IMG/VR virus record: IMGVR_UViG_3300042691_048368
Span: 1-64,000 of that record
Length of the DNA stretch: 64,000 bases
Direction: 5' to 3' (one strand)
Source of the DNA: a virus
The position numbers and the translations under genes were made by a program. The notes beneath the pieces are model-generated. The model was not told the origin of the DNA, searched no databases, and worked only from the letters and a program-made list of their open reading frames with translations. Shown one piece after another: positions 37,390-47,535 of this stretch. The number at the start of each line of letters is the position of its first letter. Within the stretch, counting starts at the first letter, position 1.

Positions 37390-40236
37390 ATGCCTACAAA
37401 GAATCAAGGAACGTTAGTACTAGGTACAGTAAAAACCCAATATCAAGAACAATTATTTCCTGTAGCAGAAAATAATGATTTAAAAGGTGGTATACACGGT
37501 ATTACTAATAGTGTTCGTGGAAGTCTCATCGAAGGTTTTGGTACTATAAACGAACTACGTAGGGCTTGGGGTATGATGGTGTATGTTTATGATGAGAACA
37601 GGTTATACCAATTACAACCAGTTGCAAGTGGTGCTATCTCGAATGACAACAACTTTGTACCATTGCAAGTAGGACAAAAATCTACAACAGAATGGATCGA
37701 TTCTGTTATTGGGATTGCAGTGGATGCAACAGATATCAGTACAAAAGTTAATGGAGATAGGTACTTAGTAAGTCAGAATCCATCTGGTGCTGATTTTAGT
37801 GGTAAGATGAACCAAATAGCTGTTTGGAACTCTGTTAAAAATATTACTGGTGGTTGGGATACAACTGAACCAACAAATGGTACGACACTAAGAGTCGACA
37901 CTGACCCATATGCTACTTATGTCTTTTTAGGAACTAGTAGTACTGCTGGTAAATGGTATAGAGAAGTACAGAATGCAGTTAGGTATATAGAACCAACTTC
38001 GAATAATGGTAGAACATTTAGTTTTATTAGTAATAGTCAGACTCCAATATCACCAGTGATGGGTTATACATCGTCTGTTTACTATGCGTCTTTTGGAACT
38101 GCAAATTCGGGTACAGTCTCTTTATCTATAGATGGAAACTTTTATGTTCCCATCAAAAAAGTCGCTAATGGGTTATTGACTGAACTTGTTGCAAATGATT
38201 TTGAAGCAGATATACGATATCAACTCACATATGACAGAGGTGTTTTTCAAATAAATCTTCCCTCCTCAGGTTCAGGTGTTATAGGTGACGCGGAAGACGC
38301 CGCTGGATATTCTGATGGTCTGTTTACTGATTTCACAACTAGTACTCCAGTCGGTACTGCGGTTGATAGATTCAATGAGATTCTGAAATTTTTGGTACCC
38401 TCACCAGCACCGGATCTCAGTTCATGGGGTGTTCTGTCAGCAAACTTGACCAATTTCGTATCAGGAAAAATATCCTATCAATTCACTGACGAACCAGGTA
38501 TAGATGGTGGTTTAGTTTCTACTACTTTTTCTGATATAGATGGTACTCCAGCTTCTGGTACTGGAATCACTAGAGGAGGTTTATTCGAAAAGAGTAATCC
38601 GACTAGACGTTTGGGCGTCAAACCTTTCAATGATGTAGATGTGAGTGGTATACTAAACATAGGTGTCAATGGACATCCGTCCCAACCATCGCCAGCTTAT
38701 GCGACTTACTCTTTCGGTAATGGTATAACTGGTAGTGTAGTTTTATATGTGAATGATGTAGCTGTATCTAGTGTTGATTTAGGAGCTAATTTGGGGTCGG
38801 TTAACACAACATCAACTAACACTACCTCTGGACTTATATTATCAGCAGCGACTGCTTCGAAGTTTTCAACTGGTGTTCCATTCGAAAATTTCTGGTATAG
38901 AACGGGTACATTCTTAGTCAAGTATAATGATGCTAACATGAAAAGAGGTTTCAACTTCATACAGGTCAAACATTTGTTACCTACGTCTACTTTAAGTTTG
39001 GCTAAGATTGAGTTTCTTACTGATTCGTCCACGTCCGCAACTGACCTGAAAACTCCATCTCCTAGTGCATGGGTAACAACCAATAAGAAATTCCTTTCTG
39101 GTATCCAATATTTATCCACTGGAACTACATTTCAACACAATCAACAAGCGGATAATATCTACAAAAATACTTATTATCCAGGTGATGACGCTGGTACTTT
39201 TACAGATGAAACCCAAATATCAAATAGTCCTATTTATAATAACGCTAGTCCAACAGATAACACTTCTTATCAGACCAATTCACCAGTAACATCTGGCGTT
39301 TTGCAAAAAATATTTGATCCAGATGGTGATTTTCAATCATTGTCAACTCCGAATGGTGTTAATAGTTCATTTGTATTTACAAAAAAATTTATTGTCAAAA
39401 CACCGGCTCGAAAGATAGGTACATCGACAACTACTTTTGTTTCTGCAAAACGTACAGTACAAGCTACTGTCAAAAACAACCCATTGACAGTACCTGGTTG
39501 GTTTATTGATACATATCCAATCAGTAGTGGGGATAGAGTTGAAAATTTTGATGATGAAGATAGGAGACTTGTATTGGGTGACTATAATACTGTTGTTAGT
39601 TTTCCTACCTCTGCACCATATTCGAATTGGAGTTCATCTACAAGTATCAGAACTTCAAATGATTTACAAATTGCCGATGGTAGGTTATTTTACCCACATT
39701 ATAATTTCACATCAGCAGGAGATGCAAATACTAATCCAAACTTCAATTTGGGCATAACCCGTAACTATTTGAATTGTAAGGCTTCTACCTCTGGTACATC
39801 AAAGGGTGCCGGTACAAGGGCTTATATAAGAGCTTTTTATGTTGGTAACGTTCCAACAGATAAAATCAGAGTGACAATGAACTGGGTAAACACCAACTTT
39901 GTAAAAGCTACGACCACTTTGACTGGTGGTAATAACCAAAACTGTACTCTAGAATTCAAGATCCCTTATAACACAAGTACACCATTTCCATCTGGTACAA
40001 GTATTGGTGGAGCTGCTACTGGTTGGTTAGACGCTTATGTCCCTTTTTTACCAGACCAATTCCAAAATGGTGATGGTTGTTTAGAAGGAACGAGACCCAC
40101 AACTAGTGGTAATGTTTGGAAAATATATTTCGGTACAAGGACTACTGCTTTTTCAAATGGGTGGGTATTGATGAGGTTTACAGCGGGTTCTGAATGGACT
40201 GGATATTTATCGGACATAAACGTTACTCTGACTTAA
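37390..40236 (+). CDS. Putative tail fibre/structural protein
   Basis: 948 aa, S/T/G-rich; RRAWGMMVYV; DUF2793-like NGDRYLV...QIAVW; DGLFTDFT.STPVGTAVDRFNEIL. Confidence 0.65.
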   Translation: MPTKNQGTLVLGTVKTQYQEQLFPVAENNDLKGGIHGITNSVRGSLIEGFGTINELRRAWGMMVYVYDENRLYQLQPVASGAISNDNNFVPLQVGQKSTTEWIDSVIGIAVDATDISTKVNGDRYLVSQNPSGADFSGKMNQIAVWNSVKNITGGWDTTEPTNGTTLRVDTDPYATYVFLGTSSTAGKWYREVQNAVRYIEPTSNNGRTFSFISNSQTPISPVMGYTSSVYYASFGTANSGTVSLSIDGNFYVPIKKVANGLLTELVANDFEADIRYQLTYDRGVFQINLPSSGSGVIGDAEDAAGYSDGLFTDFTTSTPVGTAVDRFNEILKFLVPSPAPDLSSWGVLSANLTNFVSGKISYQFTDEPGIDGGLVSTTFSDIDGTPASGTGITRGGLFEKSNPTRRLGVKPFNDVDVSGILNIGVNGHPSQPSPAYATYSFGNGITGSVVLYVNDVAVSSVDLGANLGSVNTTSTNTTSGLILSAATASKFSTGVPFENFWYRTGTFLVKYNDANMKRGFNFIQVKHLLPTSTLSLAKIEFLTDSSTSATDLKTPSPSAWVTTNKKFLSGIQYLSTGTTFQHNQQADNIYKNTYYPGDDAGTFTDETQISNSPIYNNASPTDNTSYQTNSPVTSGVLQKIFDPDGDFQSLSTPNGVNSSFVFTKKFIVKTPARKIGTSTTTFVSAKRTVQATVKNNPLTVPGWFIDTYPISSGDRVENFDDEDRRLVLGDYNTVVSFPTSAPYSNWSSSTSIRTSNDLQIADGRLFYPHYNFTSAGDANTNPNFNLGITRNYLNCKASTSGTSKGAGTRAYIRAFYVGNVPTDKIRVTMNWVNTNFVKATTTLTGGNNQNCTLEFKIPYNTSTPFPSGTSIGGAATGWLDAYVPFLPDQFQNGDGCLEGTRPTTSGNVWKIYFGTRTTAFSNGWVLMRFTAGSEWTGYLSDINVTLT

Positions 40237-40271
40237 TAAAAAAAATATATAATAAAAATCGATTGTAAAAA

Positions 40272-42011
40272 ATGGCCATAGATTCAAGTGTACAGGGTAA
40301 GATAGCCTTTAAAAATCTTGCTGGTAAATCCCAAACAACAGACAACTTAGAGTTAAATGGAGAAGCTTATGGTATAAGTTTCGAAGTTCAGGCGAAAGAT
40401 GTAACAATCGATAGAATTAGTTCAACATCTTCAATTACTATTCAAAATGGTTTGGCGATAAGGGTGAGAGCGGATCTTGTACAAGAGGCAAGTGCTGGTA
40501 CGAAAGGTTACTTAGCTAAATGGCCATCAACTCTTACCGGTAATATATTGTTACAACCACCTGGTGGTGATCCAAATAATGGATTACAACCTTTCGAGTA
40601 CGGTAAAGGCTCTTTAAAAGATGTGAAAGCAGGTGACCGTATAACAAATTTGATTTCTAACTCAATATCGGGCGACTACAGAGCGATTCTAAGAGGATCT
40701 GGGTTAGATGAGATACCCCCTCTCGATGCAGGTGATTGGCTTTTTCAATATAACTCTGGTATATTATATGTTGATAAACCTACTAGCATTAGTTACACAC
40801 CTACATACATAGATGTTTATTATTATATTGGTACAAGACTGACTGACTTTAGTACAAAAACTCAAACCAATATAAGAATCTCAGCAACTGGATCCGATAG
40901 TTATTTTGCAACCTATAGTTCTCCATCTATTGACGCTTATCAGTCTAATTATATATTTTTAGTAGATTTTTTTGGTTATAATACAGGGGCTACTGTTACA
41001 CTTAATATTAATTCCATAGGGACATTATCAGTTTATAAACCTTCATCATCTGGTCCTATGCCATTGACAAATGGTGATATCATTGGTGCTACCGGAGGTA
41101 CTGGTGGTCCAATTTACTATTTGACTTATAATCAAGGGGGTAAATATTTTGAATTCTTCTACACAAACCCTGTAGCAATGAGTGGTAACTTTACAAATCC
41201 AGTATCTACCAATTATAATGTTGGTGGTATACAGAGTGGGTATTCATTTAACGATGTGAAGATAGTTGATATGTTGAAAGATATATTCTATCCTGAATCT
41301 ATGGGAAGAATAGGTACTTTTAGTATGACCTCAGAAGGGGTACAGGTTTCGAAATCTTATGAAATAGGACAAACAATAAGTGGTGGTTTGTATTATACAT
41401 TCAGTTGGGTTTTTGATAATCAGGGTGATTTGAAAGATAAGACTTTGAGAATCGAAGATGTGACACCCGTCACACAAACTCAAACATATTGGCAACCACC
41501 ATCTGCAACTCCATTTACACAAAGTACAGGATTGACTGGTCCGATGGGATTTTTCTTTGCGAATTCAATCAAAAGTAATGTACCAGCTAAGAGGGTCTTC
41601 AGATTATCAGTTGAGAGGTCAAATGGTACAAGAGTACACAAGGACTACGAAATTGATTGGATGTGGAGGGTTTACCATGGTTCGTCTACATTTTCTACTC
41701 TGACGGCTAGTCAAGTAAGGGATTTGTCAAACAAAACTCTCTCAAAACAGTCAAGTGGTACTTGGAGTCTACCTGGTGATGGTTTCAAATATATTGCATT
41801 TCCTGAAGATAGTGATTATAATTTTCAAAATATTACTTATAAGAATCTTCCTCTCGCTATGGCTGGAACAAACAGTGGGTATAGTTATAGTTTTGCTGAT
41901 TTAAATTATTTATTTGTCACTGTGAGTAATGCATTTGGTTTGGAAAAACAATATAAGATATATAGAACAAAAAATGAAATTAACGCAACTTTTTCAGTAA
42001 ATATAAGTTAA
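40272..42011 (+). CDS. Putative virion structural protein
   Basis: 579 aa; DWLFQYNSGILY; NTGATVTLNINSIG; VGGIQSG...LKDIFYP. Confidence 0.6.
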   Translation: MAIDSSVQGKIAFKNLAGKSQTTDNLELNGEAYGISFEVQAKDVTIDRISSTSSITIQNGLAIRVRADLVQEASAGTKGYLAKWPSTLTGNILLQPPGGDPNNGLQPFEYGKGSLKDVKAGDRITNLISNSISGDYRAILRGSGLDEIPPLDAGDWLFQYNSGILYVDKPTSISYTPTYIDVYYYIGTRLTDFSTKTQTNIRISATGSDSYFATYSSPSIDAYQSNYIFLVDFFGYNTGATVTLNINSIGTLSVYKPSSSGPMPLTNGDIIGATGGTGGPIYYLTYNQGGKYFEFFYTNPVAMSGNFTNPVSTNYNVGGIQSGYSFNDVKIVDMLKDIFYPESMGRIGTFSMTSEGVQVSKSYEIGQTISGGLYYTFSWVFDNQGDLKDKTLRIEDVTPVTQTQTYWQPPSATPFTQSTGLTGPMGFFFANSIKSNVPAKRVFRLSVERSNGTRVHKDYEIDWMWRVYHGSSTFSTLTASQVRDLSNKTLSKQSSGTWSLPGDGFKYIAFPEDSDYNFQNITYKNLPLAMAGTNSGYSYSFADLNYLFVTVSNAFGLEKQYKIYRTKNEINATFSVNIS

Positions 42012-42015
42012 AAGT

Positions 42016-42723
42016 ATGGAGAATATACCGTTTTCGGGATTGATAACCCCAATAAATTTATCAGACAAGTATCCTGTAATAGACCCAATATATGGAGTTG
42101 ATGGATTCAGAAATTTATCCACCACTCAGAGTATGTATGATATACCTTTGGAAAAAAGGAGAGCTGGTATGGTGGTTGGTGTAGCCGATACTTCTAATAC
42201 AAATGTTTACTATTACAAACTAAAACCCCAAAATAATGGTGTCACTTGGTCTGTTGGTGATTCTACAAATTGGGATAGTTTTCTTATGTCTGCTACAGCT
42301 GCAATTCCTGTAAAACATACTATCATAAATGAAACACTTGAGGTACCTTCAAATTATATGTACGTTGTATATAAAGATTTACTAATAGGAGCAACTGGTG
42401 TTTTGAATAATTATGGTAGGGTGGTAATTATAAATGGTAATTTGGTCACACAAAGTAATGGAGTTTTGAACAACTTATCGGGTGGTGAGTATATTACTGC
42501 TAGTTTTTATGTACAAAAAGTTGTCAAAACATTTTCTAGTATATCTAATAACGGTATAACTGTGTCGCACAATTTGGGGACAACTGATTTCACTTACACC
42601 GTCAGAGATGGTTATAATTTTGTCTATGCTAATGTAGAATTAGCCTCAAGTGATCCGGCAAATAAAGTGGTAGTAACGTGTGCGACGTCAATCAATTATT
42701 TGACTATGACTTTTGTTGGTTAA
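42016..42723 (+). CDS. Putative virion structural protein
   Basis: IPLEKRRAGMVV module similar to the 37390 N-terminus; C-terminal VSHNLGT. Confidence 0.6.
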   Translation: MENIPFSGLITPINLSDKYPVIDPIYGVDGFRNLSTTQSMYDIPLEKRRAGMVVGVADTSNTNVYYYKLKPQNNGVTWSVGDSTNWDSFLMSATAAIPVKHTIINETLEVPSNYMYVVYKDLLIGATGVLNNYGRVVIINGNLVTQSNGVLNNLSGGEYITASFYVQKVVKTFSSISNNGITVSHNLGTTDFTYTVRDGYNFVYANVELASSDPANKVVVTCATSINYLTMTFVG

Positions 42724-42795
42724 TTTTTTGAAAATTTTGGACTTAAGGTAAAACAATCCATATAATATATAATTTCAAAAAAAAATTATATATTT

Positions 42796-43734
42796 ATGTC
42801 TAAACAAGAAGAGTCAAACTTATCTGAGGAAGATTACCTCAGAAAACATTTAGAAAGTTTAGAAAAACCAAAACAAACAAACTTCGAAGAACCAAAAGTT
42901 AAGGTTAGCGTTGATACTTCTCGTGCTTCGGATCTTCACTATTTCGCATTCGATGTAAAGGAATTTCCCTGTGGTATGTTCTACCCAGATGGTTCTACAA
43001 TTCAAGTGAGAGCTGCCCAAGTAAAAGAAATTCAAGCTTACTCAATGGTCGATGATAATAATTTTTATGATATCGTCGAAAAAATGAATGACATGCTTTC
43101 TTCTTGTGTTCGAATAAAATACCTTGACGGCACTATTGGTTCCTACCTAGAGATCAAAGATCCAGATAGATACTTCCTCATTTTCTTAATACGTGAGTTA
43201 ACCTTTCAGAAAGGTACTTCTCTTACCACAACTGCGGTTTGTGAATGTGGAAATGAAGTTTCAATCGAACTAAGAAGGGATAATTTTAAACTGTTCGAAC
43301 AGAGTGAACGTCTTTTGAGTTTTTTCGATCCTATCACGTTGTCTTTTAGATTTGAGGTTAAAAATGGTCGTGTATTCAATTTAGCGCCACCATCGATCGG
43401 TTTACAGAAATCTTTTACCGAATACATCATAAAAGAGAATCAAGAGAAGAAAAAACCAAACCTTTCTTTCTTAAAGATTATTCCATTCCTTTTGTATGAT
43501 CGTACTTCGATTACAATTGAAGGGATTAAATCTAAGTTAGAAGAGTACCAAAAGATGGATGATGTTTCATTTCAGTTTTTGAATGCTGCTGTTGAAAAAA
43601 TGACTTTTGGTATTGAAAAGTTAAGGAAGCAGTGTGAGTGTGGTCTAGAGAGCCACACTGATATGATATTTCCCGACGGACCGTCAGCTATTTTCGTTGT
43701 TCATGACGCCTTTGAACAGTTTATTAAAGAATAA
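42796..43734 (+). CDS. Baseplate hub assembly protein, T4 gp26-like
   Basis: PCGMFY...IQVRA..VKE, DRYFLIFLIRELTF, two CECG zinc knuckles. Confidence 0.7.
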   Translation: MSKQEESNLSEEDYLRKHLESLEKPKQTNFEEPKVKVSVDTSRASDLHYFAFDVKEFPCGMFYPDGSTIQVRAAQVKEIQAYSMVDDNNFYDIVEKMNDMLSSCVRIKYLDGTIGSYLEIKDPDRYFLIFLIRELTFQKGTSLTTTAVCECGNEVSIELRRDNFKLFEQSERLLSFFDPITLSFRFEVKNGRVFNLAPPSIGLQKSFTEYIIKENQEKKKPNLSFLKIIPFLLYDRTSITIEGIKSKLEEYQKMDDVSFQFLNAAVEKMTFGIEKLRKQCECGLESHTDMIFPDGPSAIFVVHDAFEQFIKE

Positions 43735-43945
43735 ACTTTTACTTCAAAAAAATTACCATTTGCAAGAGTTTGCTATAGATTCCTGGCCTTTTTGGATGTT
43801 GGAAGAAAATATCAAAATAGTCAATGAATTAACTGAAGAAGAGGATAAACAAAGGAAGAAAGAAGAAGGGTCCCAAAAAATGCCAAACTTCAACCCATCC
43901 TCAATAATGAATAATATGTCCTCAATGGCTAATAAGTTTAAATAA
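43697..43945 (+). CDS. gp51-like hub assembly protein (ATG 43703, or frameshift fusion to the upstream gene)
   Basis: IDSWPFWMLEENI resembles the IENMxPWERxxY pattern; overlaps the gp26-like 3' end. Confidence 0.55.
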   Translation: MFMTPLNSLLKNKLLLQKNYHLQEFAIDSWPFWMLEENIKIVNELTEEEDKQRKKEEGSQKMPNFNPSSIMNNMSSMANKFK

Positions 43946-43975
43946 AAAAAAACCACCTTTTGGTGGTTTTTTTTT
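43944..43975. terminator. Bidirectional Rho-independent terminator
   Basis: A9-CCACC-TTTT-GGTGG-T9 between convergent genes. Confidence 0.85.
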
Positions 43976-43991
43976 ATTTAGGAGAATAAGA

Positions 43992-44609
43992 TTAGTATCC
44001 TGCGATGAGTGGTGGGGTGATTGTGAATGAACCATCGATATATTCATCAACCCAGTAGTCAGCTACGAATTTAGCTTCTACGTTATTAAGAATCTCTGTT
44101 GATGACCAGTCTAGTGAATAACCTTGTAGACCAGTGATTTGACAGTTTTGGAAAGTAACCCTTCTTAAAACAACACCTTTTTTATCATGTTGATTCACAA
44201 TTACCGTTCCAATGATATCAGATTTATAGTTCACGGTACCATTTTGAGAGTTCCAAACTACATCATACCAAGCTTTCAAAGTATTCCAAGTAATCATATT
44301 ACCCTTATCGTTCACGTTAACATTGTGTTTGATTGTGAATTCGATATGGGTTTTTTCTGGCATACCCATGTAAGCTCTGGTTGAATACTTGAACCTCTGA
44401 TCTTTAACACCAATATCTGGAGTAAGATTCAAATCAACAGACGATGCTTGTTGAAGTTGCATAATTGGATCTCTACCCTGTGCTTGGAGGATAGTAGGGA
44501 AAATGAAAGTAATCTCAAACAGGTTAAGATATACTACCTCATCTGGTTTTGTACCGGGACCCCCTGGTGAACCTGTCATCAAGAGTTGTGTAAAATGTGG
44601 TAATGGCAT
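43992..44609 (-). CDS. Tail tube protein, T4 gp19-like
   Basis: NLFEITF, LKAWYDVVWNSQNG...YKSD, VNQHDKKG...TFQNC, LDWSS, FVADYW. Confidence 0.8.
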   Translation of the reverse strand: MPLPHFTQLLMTGSPGGPGTKPDEVVYLNLFEITFIFPTILQAQGRDPIMQLQQASSVDLNLTPDIGVKDQRFKYSTRAYMGMPEKTHIEFTIKHNVNVNDKGNMITWNTLKAWYDVVWNSQNGTVNYKSDIIGTVIVNQHDKKGVVLRRVTFQNCQITGLQGYSLDWSSTEILNNVEAKFVADYWVDEYIDGSFTITPPLIAGY

Positions 44610-44731
44610 AGAATTTTAAATTATTTTTTATAATATTATATATTTTGTCAATAATCTTTCTAGTCATTTTTTAATATAAATAGGTTTAGAAAATTGCCAT
44701 TTCCACTTTTAGTATGTGATATATATTAAAT

Positions 44732-45562
44732 ATGAAGTGCAACTATAGATATTGTGGTAGAGAAATAAACTTCGGTAGACCAGATAGAAAGTTTTGTAAT
44801 AAAAACTGTAAAATAAAAGAAAATAATTTAATTAAAGAATTAAAATCACTGGATAACAAATCTATTAAGACTAAAGATTTTATAGAAAAATCAAAAGAAA
44901 TACATAATAATAAATATGGATATGAATTATCGATATATGTTAATTGTAGAACAAAAATTAAAATAATATGTCCGATACACGGTGTGTTCGAGCAAACCCC
45001 AAGTAATCATTTATATAATAAACAAGGATGTGATAAATGTGCTAGAGATGAACATAAACTTACTAAGCTATCTGATTCCAGAATAGATAATCTTAAAAGA
45101 GTCCATAATAATAAATATCTATATAATGATACATCCATTAATGAGGGATTTATAAATATAACTTGTCCAGATCATGGCGTCTTCACACAATATTTATATT
45201 TTCACGAATATGGACATGGATGTTCACAATGTAATTCCTATTCTAGAGGAGAAAATTACATAAAAAGATACCTTGACAAAAGAGGAATAAGATACCACAG
45301 GAATTTTATATTTGAGAATTGTAAAAATAAGAAAGGATTAAGATTTGATTTCTATCTATACAATGAAAATACTATTATTGAGTATCATGGAGAGCATCAT
45401 TTTATTGAAAATAAATATTTTGGAAATGCAAATCTAGAATATGTTAGAAAAAATGATGAAATCAAAAAAGAATATTGTTTATTGAACTCAATAAGACTAG
45501 TAAGGATACCATATTATGATTACAATAATATTGAGAGTATATTAAATAGTGTCATAGTTTAA
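44732..45562 (+). mobile_element. Free-standing putative homing endonuclease (zinc-ribbon repeats plus Vsr/DUF559-like nuclease)
   Basis: Two H.NKY.Y...I.CP.HG.F.Q....H...GC..C repeats; SRGE..I; RFDFYL...IEYHGEHH; very AT-rich. Confidence 0.7.
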
Positions 45563-45586
45563 AAAAAAATCATTTTTACCCGATTT

Positions 45587-45614
45587 GAACTATGATCAAC
45601 TAAGTTTATATAAT
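45587..45614 (+). promoter_or_regulatory. Putative middle-class promoter
   Basis: GAAC-N18-TATAAT directly before the gp47-like gene. Confidence 0.55.
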
Positions 45615-45615
45615 A

Positions 45616-46743
45616 GTGATGTCAAAAATTCTAATTATTGGTGATACCCACTTAGGTCTTGGTTACCCGAATTCGATTGATAAATGGTTTAAAGTACACA
45701 GGGAATATTTTGAAGAATTTTTAATTCCTTTAGTTCGGAAAGAAATGACCGAAGATGATATTATAATCCACTGTGGAGATTTATTTGACAATCGGTCAGT
45801 GGTTCCGATTAATATACTCAATTACGCACAAGATCTCCTCGAAAAACTATCTTCTATATGTCCGGTGCATATACTAATTGGTAATCATGATTTGTACACT
45901 AAAGCCTCTAATGATGTGAATACTGTCAAATTATATAAGTATATACCAAACATTACCGTTTACGAAAAGCCTACCAAAATTGATTTTTGTGGAAAGTCAA
46001 TATTGATGTTACCTTGGGTTGAGAAAAAACAAGACCAAATTGACATACTAAAAAGATTTTCTGGTTGTGATTATCTTTTCTGTCATTCGGATTTGAACGG
46101 TGCAAAAATGCATTTGACCTCTGTTGCACATAAAAATCAAGATAAAATAGATGTGGAAGATTTTTCAGGTTACAAAAATGTATATTCTGGTCATATACAC
46201 ATCTTGCAAGTCACAAAAAATTTCACTTTTGTCGGTAATAATTTTGAAATGGATCGAAATGACATTAACAATCAAAAGGGAATTTTTATCTTAGATACTT
46301 TGGTTGACGAGGAGAGATTCATTCCTAATAATATTTCACCGAGATACAAAAAGATATACATAAGAACTCAAGAGGATATTGATCAATTAGAAAACACTTC
46401 GACAAAAGATTATATTGATCTTTTCATATCAAATTCATTGTTGATAAACAATAGGAAATTAAGAAGAAAGTTAGAGTTAATGTTGGAATCCGGTAACTTT
46501 GCTTCAGTTGACTACATCGATGATTTAGTTTTGGAAAAAAATGAAGAAACTAAATCTGTGATTGAAGAAATTACTGAAGAAGAATTAAACAATGGTGTGG
46601 TTCCATCTATTCAATTAGAATATACTGATTTAATTAGACAATACATTAATACTCAGAAATATGAAAGTGAGAAGATCAAAAATGGCGTCTTACAAGAGTT
46701 TAATGAAATTGCTAGAATATATGATGAGGGTTATTTAGAATAG
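45616..46743 (+). CDS. Recombination endonuclease subunit, T4 gp47/Mre11/SbcD-like
   Basis: GDTHLG, GDLFDNR, GNHD, LPWV, FCH, SGHIH. Confidence 0.9.
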   Translation: MMSKILIIGDTHLGLGYPNSIDKWFKVHREYFEEFLIPLVRKEMTEDDIIIHCGDLFDNRSVVPINILNYAQDLLEKLSSICPVHILIGNHDLYTKASNDVNTVKLYKYIPNITVYEKPTKIDFCGKSILMLPWVEKKQDQIDILKRFSGCDYLFCHSDLNGAKMHLTSVAHKNQDKIDVEDFSGYKNVYSGHIHILQVTKNFTFVGNNFEMDRNDINNQKGIFILDTLVDEERFIPNNISPRYKKIYIRTQEDIDQLENTSTKDYIDLFISNSLLINNRKLRRKLELMLESGNFASVDYIDDLVLEKNEETKSVIEEITEEELNNGVVPSIQLEYTDLIRQYINTQKYESEKIKNGVLQEFNEIARIYDEGYLE

Positions 46744-47033
46744 TTTGGTTTTCTTCCACTACCTTTAGATCCGGTACTCTCTGCTTTTCTTTTCCTAGCA
46801 ACCGCTGCTTTCTTTTGTTTCGCCGACATCTTAGCGGCAACCCTTACTTTTCTGCATTTGGGATATCCACCTTTACTTGTGTCAGACCTTCCGCATGGTG
46901 GATGAGACCCATCTTTATTTGTCTTGGAAATATCAACCCATTTTTCTTTGAACCATTTATCGAGTCCACCATGAGAACCCTTATATGATTTTTCCTCATG
47001 GATGAAATCTTCAAATAATAGTAGATGTTCCAT
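46731..47033 (-). CDS. Small basic protein with CTS-like N-terminus
   Basis: GLDKWFKEKWVDI...CGR...YPKCR; MEHLLLFEDFIHEE. Confidence 0.75.
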   Translation of the reverse strand: MEHLLLFEDFIHEEKSYKGSHGGLDKWFKEKWVDISKTNKDGSHPPCGRSDTSKGGYPKCRKVRVAAKMSAKQKKAAVARKRKAESTGSKGSGRKPNYSK

Positions 47034-47251
47034 TATCTTTTCTTAGACTTTTTAACTTTTGACTTTCTCCAAGTGCCACCTTTTTTCTTATATCTTTTTG
47101 CAGCAGCTCCATTAGCATAAGCTGATGGATAAACGTCATAGGTATTTTTTGCCCAAGCTTTACAGGAAGCCCATAAAGATGGGTTATTTGGCACGTTTTT
47201 CTCAACTACAAGTGATTCTTTAAAATCTTCGAAAGGTAATAAATGATTCAT
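47033..47251 (-). CDS. Small basic protein with CTS-like N-terminus
   Basis: PNNPSLW...YPSAYANG...YKKKGGTW; MNHLLPFEDFKESLVVE. Confidence 0.75.
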   Translation of the reverse strand: MNHLLPFEDFKESLVVEKNVPNNPSLWASCKAWAKNTYDVYPSAYANGAAAKRYKKKGGTWRKSKVKKSKKR

Positions 47252-47261
47252 AACATATATA

Positions 47262-47528
47262 TTATTTTATTTTAGTAACTTTTAATACTAAATCACCAGT
47301 GCCCTTTATTAGTCTGTGGTAGACCCCTTTAGGTACAAATATTTTTTCATCTATTTTTTTGGGTAATTCGTTATCAATTTGAAAGGTCCAATCTGTTGGA
47401 TGAGTTGGTTCTATTATTCTGTCCTCTCTGTCACGATGCCAATGTAAGTTTCCATTATCTACATTTTCATGGAATGTTCTTAAATAAGTCAAGTCATTCA
47501 ATTTGGATTCTTCAAATGGTAAAATCAT
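47262..47528 (-). CDS. Small cupin-like protein (start revised to 47528)
   Basis: LHWHRDREDR...WTFQIDNELP...IFVPKGVYHRLIKG. Confidence 0.7.
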   Translation of the reverse strand: MILPFEESKLNDLTYLRTFHENVDNGNLHWHRDREDRIIEPTHPTDWTFQIDNELPKKIDEKIFVPKGVYHRLIKGTGDLVLKVTKIK

Positions 47529-47535
47529 AAATAAA

